A DNA stretch of 64,000 bases from Terriglobia bacterium (GTDB lineage Bacteria > Acidobacteriota > Terriglobia > 20CM-2-55-15). The stretch lies in the NCBI GenBank assembly GCA_963664115.2, contig CAXWPJ010000002.1, forward strand, positions 352,001 through 416,000, in the 5' to 3' direction. Shown here in pieces: positions 1 through 9,519 of the stretch. How positions within the stretch are numbered: position 1 is the stretch's first letter; every line of letters begins with the position of its first letter. A program made the position numbers and the translations under genes. The notes below the pieces were generated by a model. The model worked only from the letters and a program-made list of their open reading frames with translations, searched no databases and was not told the DNA's origin.

Positions 1-1
1 C

Positions 2-871
2 GTTGATAATGAGGATAGTGTCTGGATCGGGGGGAGCGCGCGTCCCGCGTTGGCAGGACCCGGTCCCGGAAACGTAAGATCAGACAACATGCTGCTGAAG
101 TTCACGAACACGGGGGAGTTCGTGATGCAAATCGGTCGCAGGGATCAGAGCACGGGAAACAACGATACGAAGAACCTGTATGCGCCCACCGACGTGTTTG
201 TCTACGGCGAAACGAACGAGGTCTTCGTCTCCGACGGCTATATCAATCGGCGTGTGATTGTCTTTGACGCGGATACAGGGGCCTACAAGCGCATGTGGGG
301 CGCGTTCGGCAACATGCCGGTGGATTTCCCAGACCAGTTGAAAAATGCAAGAACACCCCACCCCAACCCGGGTACCCGCAGGCCGGATCCTCGGGCAGCG
401 CCCGCCGGGGGAGGCAACCAGCGACCGGTGGAAACAGGCCCGGGTCCGGACCAATTCAACACCGTTCATGCCGTTGAAGTATCAAACGATGGCTTGGTCT
501 ATGTTGCTGACCGTTCCAATGATCGCGTCCAAGTGTTCACAATCGACGGTGAGTACCTCACCGAGGCGTTCATCAACCGCAGTGGTCCGGGTAACTCGGC
601 TGCCGGGATGGCACTCTCCCCCGATCCGGAGCAAAGGTTCCTCTACGTCGCCGATTTCGGCGGAGCAAGCGTCGTCGTGATGGATCGCAGGACCCTCGAA
701 GTGCTGGTCCAGTTCGGCGACAGCAGCGGCACAGCCGGAAACTTTGTGCTGCGGGGCCCGCACCATATGGCTGTCGATTCGAAGGGCAATCTATACACCG
801 CGGAAGTTCACCCAGGGAACCGCGTCCAGAAGTTCGTGTTCATGGGCATGGGACCCCCACCACGGCAGTGA
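2..871 (+). CDS. NHL-repeat beta-propeller, PAL (peptidyl-alpha-hydroxyglycine alpha-amidating lyase)-like; 5' partial
   Basis: Frame is open from base 2 (VDNEDSVWIGG...). Motifs VFVSDGYINRR, TVHAV, YVADRSNDRVQVF, GPHHMAVDSKGNLY. Confidence 0.8.
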   Translation, partial: VDNEDSVWIGGSARPALAGPGPGNVRSDNMLLKFTNTGEFVMQIGRRDQSTGNNDTKNLYAPTDVFVYGETNEVFVSDGYINRRVIVFDADTGAYKRMWGAFGNMPVDFPDQLKNARTPHPNPGTRRPDPRAAPAGGGNQRPVETGPGPDQFNTVHAVEVSNDGLVYVADRSNDRVQVFTIDGEYLTEAFINRSGPGNSAAGMALSPDPEQRFLYVADFGGASVVVMDRRTLEVLVQFGDSSGTAGNFVLRGPHHMAVDSKGNLYTAEVHPGNRVQKFVFMGMGPPPRQ

Positions 872-932
872 CCGCCGGAAGCCAGCTTGAAGCTGGCGAA
901 AACCGGGCCTGCGTTGCGGGTGTGGCCCGGCG

Positions 933-962
933 TTGACAAGCATAGACCGCCCAACTTACAAT
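933..962 (+). promoter_or_regulatory. sigma70-like promoter TTGACA-N18-TACAAT
   Basis: Perfect -35 and 5/6 -10, ~100 bp upstream of the 1065 start, which has a GGAGG RBS. Confidence 0.6.
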
Positions 963-1064
963 GTTCACCTCTAAAAAAATCGATAGACAAAGACTGTTAG
1001 GAGGCTGTGCCAAAGGGCACCGTTCGCGTCGAAAACAGACGTGATCGTTCACGGGAGGTCTTAA

Positions 1065-2126
1065 ATGTTTTATCGCACTCTTATTGCAGGAACCGTTTTG
1101 GCTGTCCTGGTTGTGCCCTCGGCGCCGGGTGTGGTACCCCTTGCCGCCCAGGCCCCGTCGGACGCCGTAACAGCGGAGTGGCCTCCGCCCCCAACGACGT
1201 ACTCCCCGCCCCGAACGCCATGGGGCGATCCGGACCTCCAGGGCACGTGGGACTCCCTGAGCCGGATCCCGATGGAACGACAGGAAGTGTATGAGGGGAA
1301 ACCGGTTTTGACGGATGAAGAATGGGCTGAATGGTTAGTACGCGAGCCACCGGAAATGACCGGCTACAATGACTTCTGGAACAATCGGGACTTCGTAAGG
1401 GACAGACGGACGTCGCTCGTTGTGGATCCGCCGGATGGAAGAATCCCCGCGCTCACGCCTCAAGCACTTGCGAAAATGGACGCGTATGAAGCTGCTCGGA
1501 GTGCGCCCGGACGCGGCCGATACGATTCATGGGAGGACTTCCGCACCATGTCGCGTTGCATCGCGGCACACTCGCCCCAGGGTCCGATGGATTACAACAG
1601 TGCAGTGCTGATCATGCAGTCGCCCGGATGGGTGGTGATGGTCCGCGAGCGACTGGACACGCGCGTCATCCCGCTTGACGGGACTCCGCATCTGGACCCG
1701 GACCTCCGCCAGTGGAATGGGGACTCTCGGGGTCACTGGGAGGGGAATACCCTCGTCATCGAGACAAGGAATTTCACGGACAAGCAGATGGGGACCGGCA
1801 GTCGCCGCCCTGCCACCACACCCGGGGCTTCATCGGGACCATCCTTCATCAAAAGAGGTATCACCTTCGAGAACTTTCATCTGACCGAACGTTTCGTCGT
1901 CGTCAGCCCGACGCGGATGCACTACTATGCCACGCTCGAGGATCCGACGACGTGGACCCGACCCTGGACCTTCATGCTTCCCTGGGTGAAAGACGACAAT
2001 TATCAGATGCTCGAGTACGCGTGTGTCGAGGGAGACATCAGCGTTGGGGCGGCCCTGGCTGGCGAACGTATGATAGAAGAGAGAGAGCGCGCCGCCGGGG
2101 AAACCGCGAATGAGGAACAGCAGTGA
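1065..2126 (+). CDS. Exported uncharacterised protein, DUF6152-partner family (divergent)
   Basis: Signal peptide; PRTPWGDPDLQGTW, RC, GDSRGHWEGNTLVIET, EDPTTWTRPW, EYAC motifs shared with other paralogues in the window. Confidence 0.75.
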   Translation: MFYRTLIAGTVLAVLVVPSAPGVVPLAAQAPSDAVTAEWPPPPTTYSPPRTPWGDPDLQGTWDSLSRIPMERQEVYEGKPVLTDEEWAEWLVREPPEMTGYNDFWNNRDFVRDRRTSLVVDPPDGRIPALTPQALAKMDAYEAARSAPGRGRYDSWEDFRTMSRCIAAHSPQGPMDYNSAVLIMQSPGWVVMVRERLDTRVIPLDGTPHLDPDLRQWNGDSRGHWEGNTLVIETRNFTDKQMGTGSRRPATTPGASSGPSFIKRGITFENFHLTERFVVVSPTRMHYYATLEDPTTWTRPWTFMLPWVKDDNYQMLEYACVEGDISVGAALAGERMIEERERAAGETANEEQQ

Positions 2127-2159
2127 TCGTGCGTGTCAGAGAATTAGGAGCCCGATTGG

Positions 2160-3026
2160 ATGCGTAATCAACTAAGCCGCTCGCTGCCAAGAATTCTCAC
2201 AATCGCTGTAACGGCCTCTTTTTTGCTGCTTTCGGCGCCCGGGATCCCTGCTCAGACACCAGGGGGCGAGATACCACGATTGCCCGACGGCACGCCCGAC
2301 TTGAACGGCTTCTGGCAGGTCCTCAACACCGCACACTGGAACCTCGAAACCCAGGTCGGAGGACCCGCCCCGCCGGAAGGACTCATGCTTGGCGCGATCG
2401 CCGCCATTCCACCGGGCCTGGGCGTGGTTGAGGGGGGGGAGATCCCGTATCAGGCGTGGGCGCTGGAAAAGCGCAATGAGAATCGCGAGAACTGGACCAC
2501 ACTGGACACGGAATTGAACTGCTTTCTCCCGGGTGTGCCTCGGGTGACCTATCTTCCGCATCCGTTTCAGGTCCTCCAGTACAAGGACAGGATCCTGATT
2601 ATCTACCAGTATTCATACGCCCGTCGCGATATCCGGATGAGGGAGCCCGAGGAATTTCCGATCGAACAGTGGCTGGGATGGTCCTACGGCCGCTGGGAAG
2701 GGGACACGCTCGTCGTTGACGTGAGCGGTTTCTTGCCGGCCTCCGATCTCCGGCCGAATGAGCCACCGCTTGGAAACTGGCTGGACCGGTCGGGGAACTT
2801 CTACAGCGAAGGGCTTCATGTGGTCGAACGCTATACTCCCATAGACGCGACCCACATAATGTATGAAGCCACGATCGAGGATACAAACGTCTTTACACGG
2901 CCCTGGACAATCAGTATGCCACTCTATCGTCGTCTGGAGCCAAACATGCGAATTATGGAATTCAAATGCGCGGAATATATCGAAGAAATGAACTGGGGCC
3001 ATCTGCGAAGACAGCCCAGCAACTGA
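2160..3026 (+). CDS. Exported uncharacterised protein, DUF6152-partner family (divergent)
   Basis: Signal peptide; PDLNGFW, NCFLPGVPR, GRWEGDTLVVD, WLDRSG, EFKC. Confidence 0.75.
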   Translation: MRNQLSRSLPRILTIAVTASFLLLSAPGIPAQTPGGEIPRLPDGTPDLNGFWQVLNTAHWNLETQVGGPAPPEGLMLGAIAAIPPGLGVVEGGEIPYQAWALEKRNENRENWTTLDTELNCFLPGVPRVTYLPHPFQVLQYKDRILIIYQYSYARRDIRMREPEEFPIEQWLGWSYGRWEGDTLVVDVSGFLPASDLRPNEPPLGNWLDRSGNFYSEGLHVVERYTPIDATHIMYEATIEDTNVFTRPWTISMPLYRRLEPNMRIMEFKCAEYIEEMNWGHLRRQPSN

Positions 3027-3078
3027 TCCGATATTCGAACATGAATATTACGAGACAACCCAACGGTCGGAGGTACAG

Positions 3079-3519
3079 GTGATGCGAAGAACGCTTTCGG
3101 TTATAGCTGTCGTTGTCGGTCTCTTGTTGCCGGGAACGCTACCCCTCAGCGCCCATCACGCTTTTTCGTCGGAATTCGATGGAAATAGGCCGGTTGAGCT
3201 GACAGGGACCGTCACCCGGATGGCATGGGTCAACCCCCATGCATGGATCTACATGGACGTCGAACAGGCGGACGGCACGGTGGAACAGTGGATGGTCGAA
3301 GGGGGCACCCCCAATACACTGATCCGGAGAGGCTTGAGGCGGTCGGACCTGCCGGCCGGAACGGAGATCAAGGTCAGTGGCTTTCGTTCCAAGGACGGAA
3401 CTCTCCGCGCCAATGGCACGAACATCACGCTGGCCGATGGACGACAGCTGTTTATTGGCTCGCCGGGTACGGGTGCCCCGTTAGAAGGGCGCGAAACTAT
3501 CGGAACGCAGGAGAACTAG
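3079..3519 (+). CDS. DUF6152-like exported protein (mature N-terminus His-His)
   Basis: Signal peptide ending LSA|HHAF; GTVTRMAWVNPHAWIY; W.VEGG.PN.L.R.G. Confidence 0.75.
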   Translation: MMRRTLSVIAVVVGLLLPGTLPLSAHHAFSSEFDGNRPVELTGTVTRMAWVNPHAWIYMDVEQADGTVEQWMVEGGTPNTLIRRGLRRSDLPAGTEIKVSGFRSKDGTLRANGTNITLADGRQLFIGSPGTGAPLEGRETIGTQEN

Positions 3520-4669
3520 TGTACCCCGCTCGAAGTAATGTAACTAAAATAGCTTTCCAACGTCCAATAGAGAATGAGGAAAGCACCGACCATTGAATTG
3601 GATGACAAGCAGCGGATGGAGTTGGAGCGACTGAGTCGAAGCCGGAGTACATCGGTCCGGTTGGCGGAACGATCCCGAATTGTATTACTGGCCGCTGAAG
3701 GTCGGAACAATTATGAGATCGCCGCCCGCTTGGAGATCACGCGCCAGAAAGCGGGCCGCTGGCGCAATCGTTTTGTGGAACAGGGCTTGGCTGGGATCGA
3801 AAAGGATGCGCCGCGAAGCGGACGGATTCCCACGATCAGTCGCCGGAAGCGAGCCCGGATCGTCAAGAAGACACTGGAAGAGAAGCCCCCGAACGCGACG
3901 CACTGGAGTCGGGCCTCGATGGCGAAGGCCGTTGGCGTGAGCGAGTCCACGGTCGGGAAAATCTGGCGGGTCCATGGACTGAAGCCTCATCTGTCACGAA
4001 CCTTCAAACTATCCAACGACAAACGATTCGCCGAAAAGCTGGAGGATGTGGTCGGTCTGTATCTGAGCCCACCGGAAAACGCCATTGTCTTGTCCTGCGA
4101 TGAGAAGAGCCAGATGCAGGCCCTGGACCGCACGCAACCCGGGTTACCTCTGAAGAAGGGGCGGTGTGGCACCATGACCCACGATTACAAACGTAACGGG
4201 ACAACCACGCTTTTCGCCGCGCTCAACATCCTGGACGGTTCGGTCATCGGAACCTGCATGCCAAAGCATCGCCATCAGGAATGGATCCGGTTTCTGAATC
4301 AGATCAAACGCGCCATGCCGAAAGATAAGGAGATCCACATTATTTGCGACAACTATGCGACTCACAAACATCAGAAAGTCGTCAACTGGCTCAAGCGTAA
4401 CAAGCGTTTTCATGTGCACTTCACGCCAACCAGTGCGTCGTGGCTCAACATGGTCGAGCGCTTTTTCCGGGATCTGTCCGAGCAACGACTCCGGCGTGGC
4501 GTTTTCCGCTCGGTCCCCGAGTTGATCCAGGCCGTGGAGGACTACCTCGCTCGTCACAATGAAGACCCGAAACCCTTCATCTGGACTGCAACGGCTTCCG
4601 ACATCCTTGCTAAAGTCCAGCGCGGCCGGCGAAATCTTGATAAGTTACAGTCTGTTTAACGGGGACCAC
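3519..4669 (+). mobile_element. IS630-family insertion sequence, copy 1 (1151 bp)
   Basis: Imperfect terminal inverted repeats (TA)GTGTACCCCG / CGGGGACCAC(TA); TA duplication within a CTAG target; same-length inverted copy at 55384-56534. Confidence 0.93.
3574..4659 (+). CDS. IS630-family transposase
   Basis: N-terminal HTH; DDE motifs SCDEKSQ, ICDNYATH, SWLNMVERFF. Confidence 0.95.
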   Translation: MRKAPTIELDDKQRMELERLSRSRSTSVRLAERSRIVLLAAEGRNNYEIAARLEITRQKAGRWRNRFVEQGLAGIEKDAPRSGRIPTISRRKRARIVKKTLEEKPPNATHWSRASMAKAVGVSESTVGKIWRVHGLKPHLSRTFKLSNDKRFAEKLEDVVGLYLSPPENAIVLSCDEKSQMQALDRTQPGLPLKKGRCGTMTHDYKRNGTTTLFAALNILDGSVIGTCMPKHRHQEWIRFLNQIKRAMPKDKEIHIICDNYATHKHQKVVNWLKRNKRFHVHFTPTSASWLNMVERFFRDLSEQRLRRGVFRSVPELIQAVEDYLARHNEDPKPFIWTATASDILAKVQRGRRNLDKLQSV

Positions 4670-4873
4670 TAGCAGGACGAACTGAAACAGAGTTCAATGG
4701 GGGCGGGACCGGACCGCAACCGATTCCGGGTTCTTCAGCTCGTGGGGCGGACCCTATTTCCCTTGCATTTCGGTTGCTGGAGCGAAAGAATTGCCACACA
4801 CTCATCCCTCCAGCGGGAACGGGCCTCGTGTTCTTCCTAAACCGATGTACAAGGGTTCCGTATGAATGAATAT

Positions 4874-4908
4874 GTGAGTGGTGAGTTGTAAGTTCTAAGT
4901 TTTAAGTA
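4874..4908. repeat. Degenerate tandem heptamer repeat (5 units)
   Basis: GTGAGTG GTGAGTT GTAAGTT CTAAGTT TTAAGTA. Confidence 0.6.
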
Positions 4909-5004
4909 ATGGATGAGTTACCACGAAGCTATTCGCTACGCTTGCGGCGCGATCGGCGTCCCTGCCGATCTGACTGCACCGCAGTTTTCTAAAGAGGGGA
5001 CTTC

Positions 5005-7326
5005 ATGCACGTAACGCAAAGTAAAACGTTAATGGCAATTTTGGCGGTCACCGTGATCGGGATTGCGGGCGTCTGGGCCGGGCTTGTTCCGGAGTCGGCC
5101 CCGGGAGTTGTTCCGGAGGCGACCCCGGAAACCGCCGAGAGCGTCGCGCGACTGGTTTCCGTCCAGGAATTCCCCCAACTCGACGCCTGCGCATGGGATA
5201 CCCCTGCCAGCTTCAGTTCGGGTCCAGCGCCATCGTTAAGTTCGGAAAATCTGCTCGGTGCCTTGGAGCAACGGGGGGGCGCTTCGTTTCTGCTAGCTGG
5301 CTTCCAGCAAGAAGCGCTGGAAATGCGACGGGCGGGACGGGGTGGACCCGCGGAATTCGATGCCGACAGGCAGGGGACCGCGACCCATCTGCGCACGCTG
5401 GCGGATACCTATCCCACCTTTACCGCTGTCGGCGTCAATACCAACACCAATGAAGTGATCCTGCAGGACAACAATCTATGGTCCGCCTACATCTTCAACC
5501 GGCTGGATAACACACCGCCGCGCGCGCGATTCAGCGAGCCGAAGCGGATCATCCAGGGGCCTGAGACCGAGATGCAGTTCAACAACGGCCTCTACATCGA
5601 TCCGGTGAACGGGGATATGTATTCGGTCGAATCGGACACGGGCGACAAGATGGTGGTGTTTGCCCAGGACGCCGGGGGTAACGTCGCGCCCAAGCGCATC
5701 CTGAACACACCCCATCGAGTGTACAGCGTTGCCGTCGACGAAGTGAGGGAGGAGCTCTACATCACCGTGGAGTACCCGCCCGAGGTGGTCGTGTACAACA
5801 AGAATGCCGAGGGGGATGAACTGCCGCTGCGGCGCATCGTCGGGGACAACACCCAGCTGGAAACACCCCACGGGATCGCCGTCGACTCGAATCTCGGGCT
5901 CTTGTACGTGAACAACTGGGGCCATACCACGGATTTTGGAGATTCACGAGGTGGGACGACGGGTTACGAAGATAATGGCAGGAATATTTCTCCTGTTGGC
6001 GATCCCTCTACGGGCCGGTTCAATCCGACTTCGATCACGATCTATTCGATCGAGGCGAACGGGGACGTGGCACCGATACGTGTGATTGAAGGGGACCGGA
6101 CGCAGTTGAATTGGCCTGGAAACATGACCGTGAACCAGGAGACCGGGGACCTGTATGTTGCCAATGACATGGATCACTCGATCCTGGTTTTCACAGGGTT
6201 GGACACCGCCGACGGCAACGTGGCGCCGACGCGGGTCATCAAGGGTGATCAGACCAAGCTGGTCCACCCGACCGGAGTGGCTGTGGACACCGTGAACCAG
6301 GAGTTGTGGGTGTCCAACCTGGGTAACGCATCGGGGGTGGCGTTTCCGCTCGAGGCCGATGGGAACGTGGCGCCCTTGCGGGTCGTACGTGCGGCGCCGG
6401 AGGAACACCAGTCGTTGATTTTCGGTCGGACCGCGGCGGTGACGTATGACCCCAACCGGGAAGAAATCCTGGTACCGAACTGAGTGAACCATCCGCAGGT
6501 TGCGGCCTTCGCCAGGTTGGCGGAGGAGAACGCGGTTCCGACACGTGTGATTGAAGGTGTGGCGTCGCGGCTCGGCCGGACAATGCATGATGTGATGTTC
6601 GATGCGATTCACGATGAACTCGTCGTGACGAGTCCATTCGCCCAGGCGATTTTGACATTCCGGGGCGATGCGGACGGCGAAGAAGCCCCCCTGCGCATCA
6701 TCCAGGGTCCAAACACCCAGATCGTGAGCGAACGGGGTTTGGATAAAGTCACCATCGACCCGGTCAACAACGAGATCCTGATCGCGACCAACCACGGAGA
6801 CGATCGAGACCCACTCGGAGCCATTCTGGTATTTCCGCGGGAAGCGGACGGCGATGTCGCTCCGATCCGGGTTCTGAGCGGGCCCGCCACCCAGTTCGGG
6901 GGCGGCCGTCCATCGATGCGGGTCGACAACAAGAACGACCTGTTGCTCGTCGCTGAGAGTGGCGGTATTTTGATCTTTGATAGAACCGCGAGCGGGAATA
7001 CGGCGCCGATTGGAAGGATTCCAGGACCGAGCGGCAACCAGTTCGACGTCTACAACAATCTGATCATCACGCTGAGGGGCGACTACCTCTACGCCTGGGA
7101 CATCCACACCAGGGGCGAGGGCATCCGTCCGGTCTGGAAGATCTCAACTCCACTCGGGGCGCGGGCCAACCAGACGGGACTTGTTCTGGATCCTGTTCAT
7201 GAGGAGGTCATCGTCGCGACCGGAGCCGGAAACCAGATTCTGGTGTTTCACGTTCCCGAAATATTCGCGGATCGCAGCGAGACGCCACGCGCCTCGACAC
7301 CATTCCGCTTCTCAGCTGAGGAGTAG
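5005..7326 (+). CDS. Exported/anchored ~12-blade (double) beta-propeller with in-frame TGA at 6481-6483; putative selenoprotein (U493, 773 aa)
   Basis: ORFs 5005-6483 and 6484-7326 are contiguous and in frame. The blade repeat (xDx..xElxVxN...GnVAPxRvIxG) continues across the TGA, and a SECIS-like hairpin follows. Confidence 0.75.
6481..6512 (+). promoter_or_regulatory. Candidate bacterial SECIS element
   Basis: TGA, then GUGAA/UUCGC lower stem, CCAU/CC internal loop, CCGCA/UGCGG upper stem, GGU apical loop (paired by eye). Confidence 0.6.
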
Positions 7327-7712
7327 TTCCAGCCCTCGTCATCGGTGAGAAACCGCTGAACTTCATGGGAGCCGATCTTCGCGGTCGGCTCCCCCGCTAC
7401 CCTGTTCGAGAGTCGTCGATATCGCATGGCCCGCGCGCGCGCAAAATTCATCAGAGTCCAAACACGGACGTTCAAAAACCCCATTATTCCATCCCGTTCT
7501 CATTAGTGTCTGCGGACCCGAACGCGCATTAGTCTCTGTCGACAATCATTAAGATTCCAGCGATTCGGCGTCCGGGGCTTTTCAATTGACCCGCCTGGCA
7601 TCGATCTATAGAGTTTCGCATTAGAGTGTCGGCCTTGGATTCGACTTGCAGGTAAGAATCGATTCTCGTTATCGGAATTTTCTGAAAGACATCTATAGAC
7701 GGCGGGGTGCCT

Positions 7713-8753
7713 ATGCTTAAGGGATCTAAGTTCTGGGGCAGTTTCTTTGTAGTCGCGGTTTTGAGCACGGTCATACAACCTGCGGCTCTCGCTGCCCAAT
7801 TCACGACGGCTGAGACTTTCGATATCAACCGCTTCTCGCCGAATGGTGGTCAGTTCGAAACGTTTTACGTGACCGACTCCGAACCACTGGGGGCCTTGCT
7901 GGATTCAAACCTGATCTCCGCTGAAACCCGGGTCCTGCTGACCGAAACTGCGACGGGAAAGCTTGCTTTCCTGACGGACCAGATGTCCTTTCACCATATT
8001 GCTCAAGGCGAGGCAAACGGGCAGCCGTGGATGGTGACGTTTTGAGTGGTCTGTAATACCGGGGTCAGTATGATCCCGACGATAGACGGAAAGCTGTACC
8101 ATTTCGAAAACCCTGGTATCTATGACGGCCTCTTCCTGATGGCCGATACCGAGACCTCCACGTTCTGGAACCACATCACGGGTGAAGCTCTTTACGGAGA
8201 GTTGGTGGGGCAGCGCCTGCCGCTATCGAACCTGCTCCAGATGAACGTCGAACAGGCGTTGGCGATGGATCCCGACATTGAAATCGCGCTCTCGCCGTAT
8301 GAGGGACCACGGATCGCGGGCGGGCAGTACGCCCGGGACGACGAGACCAGGGATCTGATGCCCCGATTTGCTGGAACGCTCGGCACCGAGGATGAACGCC
8401 GCCCCCGGATGGAACTGGGCCTCGGTGTCTGGACAGATCAGACGAACCGTTACTACGCGGTTGAAAGCATTCGTGCACAAGGGAATTTCGTCATCGACGA
8501 GCTCGACGGGCGGAGCGTTCTCGTATACGTCGATCCGATTTCATCCACGCCCGCCGCTCTTTACGTGGATGCCGGTGAAGCGCGTTTCGAAGGAAGCGAA
8601 ATCCATCTCAGTGACGGCACGGTCGTTCGGGCGGGGAGTCTCGTTGGGCCCGATGGCGGGCCCAGAAGCGTGGACCGTCCCCTGCAGCTGTTTACCCGGT
8701 GGTATGGGTATGCCCGGACGTTTCCAGGAACAGAGATCTTTGGCGAAGATTAG
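7713..8753 (+). CDS. DUF3179-family exported selenoprotein, UxxC (TGA at 8043-8045)
   Basis: In-frame read-through gives HHIAQG...MVTF-U-VVCNTG at the site of the family CxxC; downstream GIYDGLFLMADTETSTFWNHITGEALYGELVG. Confidence 0.85.
8043..8075 (+). promoter_or_regulatory. Candidate bacterial SECIS element
   Basis: GGUC/GAUC lower stem, UGUA bulge, AUAC/GUAU upper stem, loop containing GGGU (paired by eye). Confidence 0.6.
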
Positions 8754-8789
8754 GGGTAAGACGCGTTGAATCTATTGGAGGCGAGAGCG

Positions 8790-9359
8790 ATGAAACTGTG
8801 GGTGGGTGTCTTCGTTCTGATGGCGTTGATGGCCGTAGGAGCAATAGCGGAGCCTGTGGAGTCAGGAGCGCAAGAACTCGAAGTGTGCGAGGCAGACGCT
8901 GAGATCGCAAACCTCAGCTTCACGCTGAAGGATATAAACGGTGAAGACCTCGCCCTCAGCGACTATGCAGGCAAAGTCATCCTGTTGGACTTCTGGGCCA
9001 CGTGGTGTGTCCCGTGCCGGATCGAGATCCCGGGTTTCATTGAGCTGTTCGACACATACGAATCAGAAGGTTTCATCGTCCTGGGCGTGTCGGTGGACGG
9101 TCTGGACGAGCCCGACGTGTCACTCGATGAAACCGTCACCAGGCTCCAGGCCTTCGCCGAGGAGTTACAGATGGACTACCCCATCCTGCTCGGCGCTCGG
9201 CGTCAGGACGTACTGGATGCGTATGGGCCACCGTACGGTTTCCCAACTACATTTGTGATCGGGCGGGATCTCAGGATTTGTGGTCAGCACACGGGCTTTG
9301 CTACCAAGGAAACTTTTGAAGCCGAGATCCGCGCCGCCCTCGCGGATTCCGGCCGCTAG
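8790..9359 (+). CDS. TlpA/ResA-family thiol:disulfide oxidoreductase, exported
   Basis: LDFWATWCVPCRIEIP, GFPTTFVI; signal peptide; GGAGG RBS. Confidence 0.9.
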   Translation: MKLWVGVFVLMALMAVGAIAEPVESGAQELEVCEADAEIANLSFTLKDINGEDLALSDYAGKVILLDFWATWCVPCRIEIPGFIELFDTYESEGFIVLGVSVDGLDEPDVSLDETVTRLQAFAEELQMDYPILLGARRQDVLDAYGPPYGFPTTFVIGRDLRICGQHTGFATKETFEAEIRAALADSGR

Positions 9360-9519
9360 GACAGCCCCGGAATCAGTCCCGATTCCAATCTCAATACCCG
9401 ATAATTGCTGTCGGAAGTTGACTTGTCCCCGCATGGTCCGTTTGTGATCCAATAAGACTGTGGAGTCCACAAAGTCAATGTGTGGTGTCTCTCCCCGTTC
9501 ACACAAATTTGGAGAAACT

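Noticed and set aside
5944-7107. Long antisense ORFs (also 9499-10407, 11430-12326, 26041-26991, 51950-52861)
   Set aside because: Shadows of well-supported genes in GC-rich DNA with no recognisable motifs.
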